The notes: generated from the sequence alone by a model not told the origin. Counted from the first letter of the stretch, positions 36,001 through 44,566 are shown. The stretch is 64,000 nucleotides of DNA from a virus (IMGVR_UViG_3300044537_000257:1-64000), one strand, 5' to 3'. Program-made: numbers and translations.

Positions 36001-38091
36001 TGGTGCCTAGCGCCGGAAGATCAGGCGACTGTTGATTGGACTAAATCTCAACTAGATATTAAAGATGGCAAAATTTCTGCTGCTGTGACTAGCTTAAAGA
36101 GCGATATAACCAACGCCACCGCAGGTATGGCGACACAGACGTGGACACAAGGGAGGCTTGATTTAACGGCTGAGGGTTTTACCAGCCAGATTAGCAGTGT
36201 GCAGACAAATCTAGATAACATGCAAATCGGCGGTCGTAACTATATCTTAAACAGCGGCCAGCCCATTACGATTAATGGCGATACTGATCACTTTAAGATA
36301 CTGTATTATAATTTAACGCCAGGGACTTGGACATTTAGTGCTAACGCCAAATATACTCGTGGCACCGATACCTCAGTTTTTCTGGCTATTTATTCGGCCG
36401 ACACAGCAATTGGCTATAATAACGCATCCGTACCAATTGTTAACGGTAAAATCGCTTGGACATTTAAGCCAAACAATCCGGCCGGCGTACTGCTATTAAT
36501 GTACGCTGGTTCAGGGTCTTGGGGGACAACGCCTGGGAAAACGCTGGAAGTCAGCCATCGAAAGCTAGAAAAAGGCAACAAATCGACAGACTGGTCTCCA
36601 GCACCGGAGGATCAAGCTACTGTAGCAGACGTATCTAGCCAATTTACCCAGCTCCAAAACGACATTAATCTCCGCGTTAAAACGGGTGATTTAGTTAGTC
36701 AAATTGATGTTAACGCCAAACGGATTTTACTCGATGGCGCAAGCACCTATATTACAAATACAACTCACATCGACACCGGTGTGATTAAAACAGCCATGAT
36801 CGCTGATGCCGCCATTACAAACGGTAAGATCGCTAATGCGGCGATCGATAATGCTAAAATCGCTGACGCGTCAATCGACAATGCTAAAATCGCTGATTTA
36901 GCTGTTAGCACGGCTCAAATAGCCGACGGCGCTATAACAAATGCCAAGATCGGTAACGCATCGATCACGACGGCAAAAATCGGCGACGCACAAATTAATA
37001 GTGCTAAAATTGGTGCATTAGCCGTAAACACTGCACAAATTGCCAATGGTGCGATCACAACCGCAAAAATCGGTTCACTAGCTGTTGGCACGGCTCAAAT
37101 AGCCGATGGTGCAATCAATAGCGCCAAAATCGCGTCACTGGCTGTAGGCACCGCCCAGATAGCAGATGGTGCAATCAGCAATGCCAAAATTGGTAAAGCG
37201 GCAATCTTTTCTGCGCAAATTGCCGAATTAGCTGTGGGTACCGCCCAGATCGCTGATGCCGCCATCACAAATGGCAAAATCGCTAATGCGTCAATCGACA
37301 ATGCTAAAATCGCAAATGCGGCGATCACGGCTGCTAAGATCGCTGATTTAGCCGTAGGTAGCGCACAGATCGCCGATGGTGCCATTAGTAGCGCTAAGAT
37401 AGGTAATGCCGCGATCACATCTGCACAAATTGCCGATGCATCGATTATTGATGCCAAAATTGTTAATTTAGATGGTAGTAAAATTGTCGCTAACTCGATC
37501 ACAGCAGATAAGCTAGATGTTAATGCGATTGAAGTTGGGCTAAACACTTACGGGATTGGTTGGCAGATTACGCCGGCAAGCATTAAATTTTTACCATCTG
37601 CCAGCAGCACTAAGGCTAGCTTAATTTTAACCGGTGAAGGCATCATCTTGGGCGATACTACCACCGGTGAAATGCTGGGAGAAATTACTGGATCACCTTT
37701 TGATTTGACCAAAGACACCTGGTTCAATGGATTTAACCTATTGCTTAAATACAACGGTGGTGATTTTGTGCATCTAGGTCGAGAGAAAGCAGATGGCACC
37801 ATGAGCAGTAAAATGATCTGGAGTAACGCTGATGAGAGTAGTTTTGGTATTTATTCGGGTTTTAATTTTTACGATCATGTGCATTTTAATACTATTGGCC
37901 CATTTGATCCTGATGATAATGCGCAAATGCACGTAGTCCGAACGCAGATTGATGGCCATTGGTGTACCGGATTTATGGCGCACGACGGGCTTGCTGGCGT
38001 GGCATTTGGCGATGGTGGCTGGCTGTATCTTGAGCGAGATAATAAATGGATTGATTTTTGGAACATTGTCAACAAAATCGGACTAGCGTGA
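33082..38091 (+). CDS. Tal / tail spike-fibre (endopeptidase-type N-terminus, repeats, putative binding modules)
   Basis: 1669 aa; TLDIGDTVTIIDHDYNPALYLQARV; two GxNL/Y...KLEKG..TDW.PAPED modules. Confidence 0.9.
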   Translation: MQLYVLDRAKNTLATTSSFYSDKHHKELTAGASIFEFTIDKSDSAAQYMTTGNYLVFQDDRGRAWSFTILSYDETQTTKTVAAEDVSIELLNKAMDVWNTDQAYPFSYYFDLVTKGTPWTLGVNQLTDLSRKLVYTGRDTGLGRLLSVLKGFDNAECQFNIKVKQNSPIEFTVDVYKSIGTVQDNIQIVYNNELNDIKKTESRAQFVTALAGVGGLVENQATTDPGLEKHIDFTDIDYKDDNFVSPKGDKFLRAVTANRTFNPGTTTYIEDFYDYDTQSSQELLNRTLTQLKERSEPQYTYNADVKVIDPTLDIGDTVTIIDHDYNPALYLQARVATLDKSYTDPTQGAITFCNYRVLNSNLSDQLRAMQNIIDQLPTSASIKVINNNIVQMITQNEELKKQVALSFESANGKSRVWFSRSSTAQNGDVAFIKNADGATEIWKFVEGAWKLDTGLATFDDVKKAASAAADAGSQAVTAGQQASAAGSQAAVVGLQASTAGSQAISAGNQASLADSQAAIAGSQAVTAGSQASSAGSQAVVAGLQASAAGSQAISAGSQASWAGSQAAVAGKQASAAGSQAVIAGQQASTAGSQAISAGSQASWAGSQAAVAGKQASTAGSQAVTAGQQASAAGADAKSAGDFAASAASQSTIETSAARSTANSAVDQANLAVSQAGFANNAADQAKSAAASAQSDAAGALGKASTAITNASTAINAATDAQTKTNSLVTKVDDIAGTIKTLATTETVDQLAGTVATTQSLAQFAADGLKLKADTTTVDKINGTVNDLKGELDVQADKIAATVTASDVTGMLGNYATQSWSQGQISAAKNEISASVETVQTQVKNSAVGTNLLTGTSSSEQSYMNDFSTVPGWIYSNFLQGSQPAVNVGSTYTYSIYLTKLTGSFALGYWGYDSNKKYARWFPSPIYSSLGKVSWTFTIPSGISYIVPHVVHASDDFTCTAKEEKLEKGSVATDWCLAPEDQATVDWTKSQLDIKDGKISAAVTSLKSDITNATAGMATQTWTQGRLDLTAEGFTSQISSVQTNLDNMQIGGRNYILNSGQPITINGDTDHFKILYYNLTPGTWTFSANAKYTRGTDTSVFLAIYSADTAIGYNNASVPIVNGKIAWTFKPNNPAGVLLLMYAGSGSWGTTPGKTLEVSHRKLEKGNKSTDWSPAPEDQATVADVSSQFTQLQNDINLRVKTGDLVSQIDVNAKRILLDGASTYITNTTHIDTGVIKTAMIADAAITNGKIANAAIDNAKIADASIDNAKIADLAVSTAQIADGAITNAKIGNASITTAKIGDAQINSAKIGALAVNTAQIANGAITTAKIGSLAVGTAQIADGAINSAKIASLAVGTAQIADGAISNAKIGKAAIFSAQIAELAVGTAQIADAAITNGKIANASIDNAKIANAAITAAKIADLAVGSAQIADGAISSAKIGNAAITSAQIADASIIDAKIVNLDGSKIVANSITADKLDVNAIEVGLNTYGIGWQITPASIKFLPSASSTKASLILTGEGIILGDTTTGEMLGEITGSPFDLTKDTWFNGFNLLLKYNGGDFVHLGREKADGTMSSKMIWSNADESSFGIYSGFNFYDHVHFNTIGPFDPDDNAQMHVVRTQIDGHWCTGFMAHDGLAGVAFGDGGWLYLERDNKWIDFWNIVNKIGLA
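34490..34985 (+). repeat. 7/14-aa AGSQA repeats in Tal with a 126-nt near-perfect duplication
   Basis: GSQAVTAGQQASAA units; approx. 34727-34825 vs 34853-34951. Confidence 0.85.
36790..37500 (+). repeat. 5/10-aa (AKIAD/AAITN) repeats in the Tal C-terminal half
   Basis: Over 200 aa of xKIxx/xAIxx periodicity. Confidence 0.85.
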
Positions 38092-38108
38092 GAAAGGAAT
38101 TTTTTAAC

Positions 38109-38546
38109 ATGAAAATTATTTTAGCAAACGAAGTATTGGCTCCATCGGTAAACTTTTTAGGCACAATTAAATTAAAAGGCAAGGATAGTCGGGCTCGCAC
38201 GAAGCTCGTTAATCTTTTGACACAGCAAGTGCGCGAATTGCAAGAAAGCGAACAAGCGTTAATTGACGAATATGCTAAAACCGATGAAAACGGCAAGCCA
38301 GAAAAAGCTGAAAATGGCAATGCCAAAATTGACCCCGATCGGGCCAAAGAATATCTAATTGAACATAGCAAATTGATGTTGGAACGGGTTGAAATTGAAG
38401 GCGGTACCTATGTTAACCACATTGATGACTGCGAAAAAATCTTAAATGACTATGACGGCGAACTAGAGGGAGCAAATGCCCAAGCCTACGATGCACTGCT
38501 AGATGCGTTTGAAGCTGCACAAAAATCAGAAAAGGCAGGTAAATAA
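38109..38546 (+). CDS. DUF1617-like protein
   Basis: LKGKDSRARTKLVNLL...LIDEYAKTDENG. Confidence 0.65.
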   Translation: MKIILANEVLAPSVNFLGTIKLKGKDSRARTKLVNLLTQQVRELQESEQALIDEYAKTDENGKPEKAENGNAKIDPDRAKEYLIEHSKLMLERVEIEGGTYVNHIDDCEKILNDYDGELEGANAQAYDALLDAFEAAQKSEKAGK

Positions 38547-38548
38547 TT

Positions 38549-39052
38549 ATGCTAGAAGTTAACACACGATCGGTCACCTATAACTTAGATGACACAGTTG
38601 CCACAACGGGCATCGTTGTGAGCTTAGAAGGGTATAATAATAGCCGTGAATCAGCCAACATGACGATTATTTTAGCAAGTGAGGATTTACCGTCCGGCAC
38701 TAAGTTTGACGACCTTACCCGCACACAGATCATTGAGTTGGCACGCAAAAAGGCGGTCAGCTTTATCAATCCGGCAGCAGATACGACCCCAGCGCTTGAT
38801 GTGGATGTGGACTCAATCGCTTATGTACTGGATAAAGCATCCAGTAACACGGAGTCGATCACAATTGCATTAAAAGGTTACAGCACTGAAAATCGTAATA
38901 ACGTCAATCTGTCGGTCAACCTGACTACGGAAGATTTAAAAGATGGTGTTGGTCTTGATGACTTAAGTCGTAAGCAGGCCGAAGCCTTGGCACGTAAAAA
39001 AGGTGCTGACTACGTTAATCCACCGGCAGAAGAACCAGCGCCAAAAGCCTAG
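38549..39052 (+). CDS. Hypothetical protein with an internal tandem domain duplication
   Basis: Two units ending DDLTRTQIIELARKK / DDLSRKQAEALARKK. Confidence 0.65.
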   Translation: MLEVNTRSVTYNLDDTVATTGIVVSLEGYNNSRESANMTIILASEDLPSGTKFDDLTRTQIIELARKKAVSFINPAADTTPALDVDVDSIAYVLDKASSNTESITIALKGYSTENRNNVNLSVNLTTEDLKDGVGLDDLSRKQAEALARKKGADYVNPPAEEPAPKA

Positions 39053-39069
39053 GAGGCTGGTCTAGATGA

Positions 39070-39381
39070 TTGGAAGTGATGCGGTTGGGACCACACGTAG
39101 TTTTTGGCTTTACAGTATCGGAGTGGGTCGGAATCATCGGAATTTTATCCGGCACTTACGGTTTTATCGTTAAGCCATTATTGACAAAATTAGAAACGTT
39201 AAGTAAATCAATTGATCAAATCAGCGAGAACTCATTGATCGAACATAATCGGCTGTGGCATCACTACGATATCCATGATAAACAACTATGGAAGCATGAT
39301 CAGGAGATTGGGATTTTATACGATAAAAATCACTTAAAACGTAGTGATATTAAATATGATGATAAGAAGGACGATAGATAA
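39070..39381 (+). CDS. Lysis-cassette membrane protein (holin accessory)
   Basis: One TM helix followed by coiled coil, before the holin. Confidence 0.6.
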   Translation: MEVMRLGPHVVFGFTVSEWVGIIGILSGTYGFIVKPLLTKLETLSKSIDQISENSLIEHNRLWHHYDIHDKQLWKHDQEIGILYDKNHLKRSDIKYDDKKDDR

Positions 39382-39611
39382 TGAATTGGCAAACACGAAT
39401 TAAAAATAAGACTTTCTGGCTGGCCCTGGTGCCGGCTATTTTATTACTCGCGCAAGTTGTGGCGGTACCATTCGGCTATAAATTTGATATTGATCTAATT
39501 AATAAACAGCTATTGGATATCGTTAACGCGGTTTTTGGCGTTTTGACGATTGTCGGGATTGTGGCTGACCCGACCACCGCGGGTATTACGGATAAGGGGG
39601 CTACTAAATAA
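39381..39611 (+). CDS. Holin (phiLC3-like)
   Basis: MNWQTRIKNKTFWLALVPAILLL...GIVADPTTAGITD. Confidence 0.9.
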   Translation: MNWQTRIKNKTFWLALVPAILLLAQVVAVPFGYKFDIDLINKQLLDIVNAVFGVLTIVGIVADPTTAGITDKGATK

Positions 39612-40630
39612 TGGTAACAATCAATAAACAATTTGCTTTTGGTGCCAACGAAGGCTCTAGTCAAAAAACGCAAAGTCTTTATATCATTTTGCACGAGGTT
39701 GGGGTGGATAACTCTAGTGCCCAGGCTAATGCAGCGTATTTCAAAAATAACTGGTCTACCGCCGAAACCTATTCTACCTTTGTTGTAGGTGCGGATGGAA
39801 TTTATCAAGTCGGTGAACCAGGCTATGTAGCTTGGGCGGCGCTGAACGCTAACCCTTATGCACCAGTCCAGATTGAATTTGAACGGACTAATGATGCTAA
39901 TCGATTTAAAAAAGGCTATGCCAATTATATTGCTCTAGCTCGTGAAATGGCTGATAAATACGGCATACCTAAAACTTTAGATGCAGGTGGCGCCGGAACA
40001 CCAGGTATTAAATCACATTTGTGGGTGACTAATAATTATGGTGGTGATCATGTTGACCCATATGGCTATTTAGCCTCACATGGCATCTCTAAATCACAAT
40101 TAGCAAAGGATTTGGCTAATGGTGGTACAAGCCCAGCTACTATTGCGCCGGTAGCTAGCAATGCTAAGACAGTCGGCACTGATGTCACGTATGCGTTGCG
40201 CAGCCTTAATGGTGGCTGGCTCGATAATGTCACTAACTTTGGCGACGGTGACAATGGTTATGCGGGTGTCCCGAACCACCAGCATGATTATTTAACGGTA
40301 AGTGTTGATCATGGATCAATCAAGTATCGAGTTAAAACGGCGCAAGATGGTTGGCTTGGCTGGGTCACTAAAGGTGATCGTAATGATTTGACCAATGGTG
40401 CCGCTGGTGTCACTGGTCACGCGATTACTGGCGTGCAAATCGTTTATAATACCCCAGTCGGCGAAGCCTATCAGCAAGCCTATTATCGGTCTCAAACGAC
40501 TAAACGCGCCGGCTGGCTTGGTGTGTGCGCCGATGACGGCTCAATCGCTGGTTTTGATAGTTGGGCCGGCGTCGATGGTGAGCCATTAGATCGGTTACAG
40601 ATCAAAATTGCACCAGCTAACCCGTTTTAA
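39611..40630 (+). CDS. Endolysin, N-acetylmuramoyl-L-alanine amidase with C-terminal wall-binding repeats
   Basis: IILHEVG, QIEFE, SHLWV...DHVDP amidase motifs. Confidence 0.9.
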   Translation: MVTINKQFAFGANEGSSQKTQSLYIILHEVGVDNSSAQANAAYFKNNWSTAETYSTFVVGADGIYQVGEPGYVAWAALNANPYAPVQIEFERTNDANRFKKGYANYIALAREMADKYGIPKTLDAGGAGTPGIKSHLWVTNNYGGDHVDPYGYLASHGISKSQLAKDLANGGTSPATIAPVASNAKTVGTDVTYALRSLNGGWLDNVTNFGDGDNGYAGVPNHQHDYLTVSVDHGSIKYRVKTAQDGWLGWVTKGDRNDLTNGAAGVTGHAITGVQIVYNTPVGEAYQQAYYRSQTTKRAGWLGVCADDGSIAGFDSWAGVDGEPLDRLQIKIAPANPF

Positions 40631-40698
40631 AAAAACAAAGGTCGCTTCCTTAATCGGAGGTGGCGTTATTCGTACGTGTTGACTATAGTAAGTATTTG

Positions 40699-40728
40699 GT
40701 CTATCCCTTGCGGGGTAGGCTTTTTTTT
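40699..40728 (+). terminator. Terminator after the lysin
   Basis: GTCTATCCC-ttgc-GGGGTAGGC-T8. Confidence 0.7.
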
Positions 40729-40821
40729 ATATCCTGGATTATTTAAAAGTAGATATCCTAGCTTGATAGATGTTTAGCTATCTTATTAGGCATATATAAT
40801 AGTAGCTTTTTTATCAGCGGC

Positions 40822-41021
40822 TGTGCAAAATTTGTGCAAAATGATTTAGTTTTATATCTGTCTTTATCTGTAAATAAAAAATAAGAACCTTACTAAACGT
40901 TGATTTAGCAAGGTTCTTATTTTTTATAATTTTGTTTAACTGCTTATAAAATGGAGGCGGCGGGCATTTTGAATATTGATGTGACGCTACTTTAACGGGC
41001 CTTGTGCAAAGTTTGTGCAAA
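40822..41021. other. attP-like junction of integrase 2: arm repeats on both sides of a tmRNA-type core
   Basis: TGTGCAAA x2 at 40822/40833 and at 41003/41014; core TGGAGGCGGCGGG at 40952-40964 (minus: CCCGC-CGCCTCC-A). Confidence 0.7.
40876..40925. terminator. Bidirectional terminator hairpin in the att region
   Basis: AAAAAATAAGAACCTT...AAGGTTCTTATTTTTT. Confidence 0.7.
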
Positions 41022-42134
41022 ATCATTGCTGAAATTTTCTGGTTTTAAATCTGACAACGCGGTGATGATTTTGTCATCGGTTTTTTGCTTATACTCATCG
41101 ATTAAATAGGAGTAGACACGGCTGGTCACGGTGATATCCGAGTGGCCTAATCGTTTAGAGATTGCATACAGATCAACCCCGTGTGATAAAAGATAAGCAA
41201 CATGGGTGTGGCGGCAGGAATGGAAATGGAAGCCTTTACGATTAATGCCAAGCTCTTTCATCGCCGCGCGTAAAACCTTATTGACCGCGTTTGAGGTGGG
41301 GATCGTTTTAAACTGGTTGGCAAAGATCCGGTACTGTTTATCCTCATGTGGTAACTCACTGATTAGCTCAAGCAACCATTTATCGGTGCGAATTGTACGC
41401 TGAGAAGCATCGTTTTTTAAATCCTCAAAGGCTTTAGCGGACTCACTCCACGATTGATTAACTGAGATCGTATTAAAATTTTTATTAATATTTTCCCAGG
41501 TCAAGCCACCAATTTCGCCGGGGCGCATCCCCGTAAATAGGGCAGTAATGATCATATATTTTGATGTATAATGCGGGTTACGCGTTTTCATGAGATAATC
41601 GACTAACTGTTTAGTCTCTTTTTCGCTTAAATATTCAATATCCCAAGTTTTATCTTTATCATAGACCAGCACTGATTTTTCGATAAAATCTTTTTGGATC
41701 ACACCATCATAGACCGCATCTTTTATACTGGCGTGGTAAAGCGAGTTTAGCTTAGACACGGTAGATTTAGCCCGATGCTTGCCAAAATTCTTGATAAACT
41801 TTTGATAAGCGCGCCGATCCATTTCATCAATACGTGCATTAGGTAAAAACTGTTTAAGCACCTTATGCGCGTAAACGTAGGTGCCAACGGTCCGGTTACG
41901 GATGCTAGACTCCTTATAAGTCTCGTACCATTCCCAAAAATAGTCGGCAAAAAGCGGTGGCCGCTTTGATTTTAATTCGCCGTTGTCGGCTTTTATCTCA
42001 TACTCGTTTGCAAAAAGCTGGGCTTCGCGCTTGGTTTTAAAACCAGCTTGGCTCTTTGTGCGAAATTTACCGGTCTCGTCTTTATAGCTGACTCGGACCT
42101 GCCAGTTGCTGCCACGTTTTTTTATGCTGGCCAT
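40992..42134 (-). CDS. int: Tyrosine integrase 2
   Basis: TGMRPGEI, FHSCRHTH, LGHSDITVTSRVY. Confidence 0.95.
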   Translation of the reverse strand: MASIKKRGSNWQVRVSYKDETGKFRTKSQAGFKTKREAQLFANEYEIKADNGELKSKRPPLFADYFWEWYETYKESSIRNRTVGTYVYAHKVLKQFLPNARIDEMDRRAYQKFIKNFGKHRAKSTVSKLNSLYHASIKDAVYDGVIQKDFIEKSVLVYDKDKTWDIEYLSEKETKQLVDYLMKTRNPHYTSKYMIITALFTGMRPGEIGGLTWENINKNFNTISVNQSWSESAKAFEDLKNDASQRTIRTDKWLLELISELPHEDKQYRIFANQFKTIPTSNAVNKVLRAAMKELGINRKGFHFHSCRHTHVAYLLSHGVDLYAISKRLGHSDITVTSRVYSYLIDEYKQKTDDKIITALSDLKPENFSNDFAQTLHKAR

Positions 42135-42170
42135 AATAAATCATCCTTTCGTTGCCAATAGGTGACTTTA

Positions 42171-42266
42171 TGCTAAAATAGAGTATACAAAAGACGCCAC
42201 GCTTGGCGTGAGTTTTTATTGGTTAGCACATCCGTTTACTTTGGTCGGTTAGGGGATGTGCTTTTT
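42171..42266 (+). ncRNA. Candidate antisense sRNA / int leader (copy 2)
   Basis: TGcTAAAAT at 42171-42179; AGCACATCC...GGATGTGCT-TTTT terminator. Confidence 0.5.
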
Positions 42267-42279
42267 ATTTTGTCTTGTG

Positions 42280-42555
42280 CTAGTAATCCGTCCAATCGTC
42301 GCCTTCGTTTTGATGGTGTGTTTCAGGAGTTTTTGCTGATTCTTTTTTAGCGCTGTTTTGCTGGATAAGAGTTAAAATATAGCGCTGAATACCTTTTGGG
42401 AAAATAAAATATGCAATAACCAACGAAACAACAAAAGTACCTAAGTTTTGCCATATTGGCCCAAATTGAAATAAAGATGAAAATCCTGCCACAACAAAAA
42501 TCACACCAGTGATTGTTCTAAACGCGGTTGTTTTATACCATTTGCTAGTTTTCAT
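42280..42555 (-). CDS. Two-TM membrane protein (91 aa)
   Basis: Start MKTSKWY at 42555, overlapping the stop of the upstream 58-aa gene. Confidence 0.6.
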   Translation of the reverse strand: MKTSKWYKTTAFRTITGVIFVVAGFSSLFQFGPIWQNLGTFVVSLVIAYFIFPKGIQRYILTLIQQNSAKKESAKTPETHHQNEGDDWTDY

Positions 42556-42721
42556 AAGTAACCATGGCAGATTCATTAGAAGTTTCTGTGCTGCTACTAT
42601 AGTCAATGTCAATGATATTGTGCTTTTTAGCAAATTTGTTAATTTGTTTATCAAGCCCGCGTTTAGTAAAAGCTGAAAATGTTTTAACCTGTTTTGTTGC
42701 TGTTTTCTTTTTTCCAAACAT
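42545..42721 (-). CDS. 58-aa protein, Cse60/DUF2758-like (not in ORF track)
   Basis: AGGGAGG RBS; MFGKKKTATKQVKTFSAFTKRGLDKQINKFAKKHNIIDIDYSS...AMVTYEN. Confidence 0.6.
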   Translation of the reverse strand: MFGKKKTATKQVKTFSAFTKRGLDKQINKFAKKHNIIDIDYSSSTETSNESAMVTYEN

Positions 42722-42737
42722 AGTAAAGCCTCCCTAA

Positions 42738-43310
42738 TTATTCTGCAGAACTGTCTGAATCTAAATTTAGTGGTGCCTCTTCTTGGAATTCACCGATTTT
42801 ATAAGTTTTTTGGCCTATTTTTTTGCCGTCAATGCCTTGGCTGGCTTTTAGTATGACTGGAGTAGTCGCACTATCTAAATTATAGACAGTAACGCCGTTG
42901 ACAGAGCCGCCTTTATTGATTTTTTGGGATTGATTCTTAAGCTCATCATCATAGCCATTTGGAGTTGATCCAACTTCTAATTGACCCTCAGTATTTTTGT
43001 TCTTTTGATATGCGTTAAAAACGGCCTGCCACCCAGTGATGGCATTAATATCTTTGTTTGTATTATTAGTGATTGTGTATTCAAAAACAATACGATTATG
43101 ATTGTCAGTATCGCTAGGTTTTAAGAATTTAACTTTATTAATCTTGATTTTCAGGTCATGAATTTTAGCAACATTTTTCTTGAATCTGTATTTTGCCGCT
43201 GCTTGAACAGTAGTAGTTGGTTGCGAAAATTGAACTAAATTGGGTAGTGGTGATAAAAACACGCCTAATGCTACAGCTCCACTTAAACCGGTTTTAACTA
43301 TTTTTTTCAA
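42738..43310 (-). CDS. DUF5067-like exported protein (superinfection-exclusion candidate)
   Basis: Signal peptide after TTG 43310; IVFEYTITNNTNKDINAITGWQAVFNAYQ. Confidence 0.7.
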   Translation of the reverse strand: MKKIVKTGLSGAVALGVFLSPLPNLVQFSQPTTTVQAAAKYRFKKNVAKIHDLKIKINKVKFLKPSDTDNHNRIVFEYTITNNTNKDINAITGWQAVFNAYQKNKNTEGQLEVGSTPNGYDDELKNQSQKINKGGSVNGVTVYNLDSATTPVILKASQGIDGKKIGQKTYKIGEFQEEAPLNLDSDSSAE

Positions 43311-43327
43311 AATGAAACCCCTCCATA

Positions 43328-43403
43328 TGATATAATAATTTATCGACTTCTTAATTATAGAAGGCAGTCCTCTATCCGTTACCGGCGAATAGGGGATTTT
43401 TTT
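43328..43403 (+). ncRNA. Candidate antisense sRNA with two hairpins (copy 2)
   Basis: TGaTATAAT at 43328-43336; terminator with the same TTACCGG loop as 2721-2756. Confidence 0.45.
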
Positions 43404-43833
43404 AGTTATTGGCAGTCTCAAATCTAGCTAAGCAAGCTTTACGTAATTCGCTTTTAACGGTGCTAGCTAAGTGACTAGGGATGGCAAAAATGTTCATAAA
43501 TTCAACGGGGTTGACCTGGTCCGCACGCCGATCTCGTAAGTAATAAGGCATGACCAGCTTGATCGCAGTCCGATTAGCCTCAAGCTCGATCCCCGTTTTC
43601 CCCGGTGTAAAATATAGGACTTGATTAGAGACGTCACCATTGATGATATGTGCGATCTCATGGGCTAACTGAAAAGCTAACTGTTTTTTGATATGCCAGT
43701 TTAAATTTAAAACTACAGAGCGAGCCTCTGTATCTGAGGCGGACGGTGTATTAGGACCTAACTTGCTGGTCGCCATAAAACTAATTTTATTTTCCAATGC
43801 AAAATTTGCCAAATCTGTCAAAATTTCGTCCAT
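43402..43833 (-). CDS. ImmA/IrrE-family metallopeptidase
   Basis: LAHEIAHII, IELEAN. Confidence 0.85.
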   Translation of the reverse strand: MDEILTDLANFALENKISFMATSKLGPNTPSASDTEARSVVLNLNWHIKKQLAFQLAHEIAHIINGDVSNQVLYFTPGKTGIELEANRTAIKLVMPYYLRDRRADQVNPVEFMNIFAIPSHLASTVKSELRKACLARFETANN

Positions 43834-43836
43834 ATA

Positions 43837-44211
43837 TTATTTCCCCCGCAACAACCGTTTAATTAATTCCCGATCCTCCTCCGGTATTGGCTTGCCTTCA
43901 AAAGTCATAATCACACTATCATCACTCAGCTCAACTGATTTTTGTTTATTTTCGTGTTTTTCGGGTAGACTATAAATCAGATTCCAGGAATCTATAAAAT
44001 CGTTTTTGTCTTCAAAATCTTCCATAAATACGGCTGCTTCAACATTAAAGGCTTTAGCAATTTTCTTGATGCTGGTGGGGCTAGGTTCGCGCTGACTTTT
44101 TATATAATAGCTAATTTGTTGGGGTGAGATTTTTGCGCGGCGTGCTAATTCAGCTTGACTCCAATGCTTTTGTTCTATTAAAATTTTGATTTTATCAGCC
44201 ATTGACAACAT
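43837..44211 (-). CDS. cI: CI-like XRE repressor B
   Basis: WSQAELARRAKISPQQISYY...KKIAKAFNV. Confidence 0.9.
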   Translation of the reverse strand: MLSMADKIKILIEQKHWSQAELARRAKISPQQISYYIKSQREPSPTSIKKIAKAFNVEAAVFMEDFEDKNDFIDSWNLIYSLPEKHENKQKSVELSDDSVIMTFEGKPIPEEDRELIKRLLRGK

Positions 44212-44281
44212 TTTGTAAGCCCTCCAATTATCTCGTTTCCTATATAGTATCACCAAATGTTTACATAAGCAAGAAAAAACA

Positions 44282-44557
44282 TAAACAAGTGTTGACAGTC
44301 AACATTTGTTGATGTATAGTTTAATGCATGGAGGTGATACAGGTGCCAAAAAAAATTAAATGGCTCGAAAAGGCAAGGCTAAATCAAGATTTATCCTATC
44401 TAGAGGCTTCCCGCAATATCGGTATCTCAAAGCAAGCCTACTGGAGTGTTGAGACCGGTAGACGCAACCCGTCCGTTAAAACCGCTAAGGCAATAGCCGG
44501 ATATTTTGGCTTTGATTGGACCAAATTTTTTTAAGCTGAATATCAACATATGTTGAT
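44282..44557. promoter_or_regulatory. Switch B operators TCAACA-NN-TGTTGA and lytic promoter
   Basis: 44299-44312; perfect palindrome ATCAACATATGTTGAT at 44542-44557; degenerate copy at 44282-44295; TTGACA at 44292 with TATAGT at 44315. Confidence 0.7.
44328..44534 (+). CDS. cro: Cro-like HTH protein B
   Basis: IGISKQAYWSVETGRRNPSVKTAKAIA. Confidence 0.85.
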   Translation: MEVIQVPKKIKWLEKARLNQDLSYLEASRNIGISKQAYWSVETGRRNPSVKTAKAIAGYFGFDWTKFF

Positions 44558-44566
44558 AAACCCGAG

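Larger units (their letters stand above)
111..40951. mobile_element. Prophage segment A (siphovirus, integrase to lysin)
   Basis: Canonical module order: lysogeny, replication, packaging, head, tail, lysis. Confidence 0.95.

Noticed and set aside
33082-38091. Diversity-generating retroelement or shufflon acting on the tail fibre
   Set aside because: No reverse transcriptase, no TR/VR pair with adenine-specific mismatches, and no inverted-repeat-flanked alternative C-termini seen; the second recombinase is 17 kb away
40940-40975. Intact tmRNA or tRNA gene at either att
   Set aside because: Only the last 13-16 nt match; T-loop and upstream body are absent
40814-41026. 70-aa ORF across the att region
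   Set aside because: It spans arm repeats, terminator and core; no RBS
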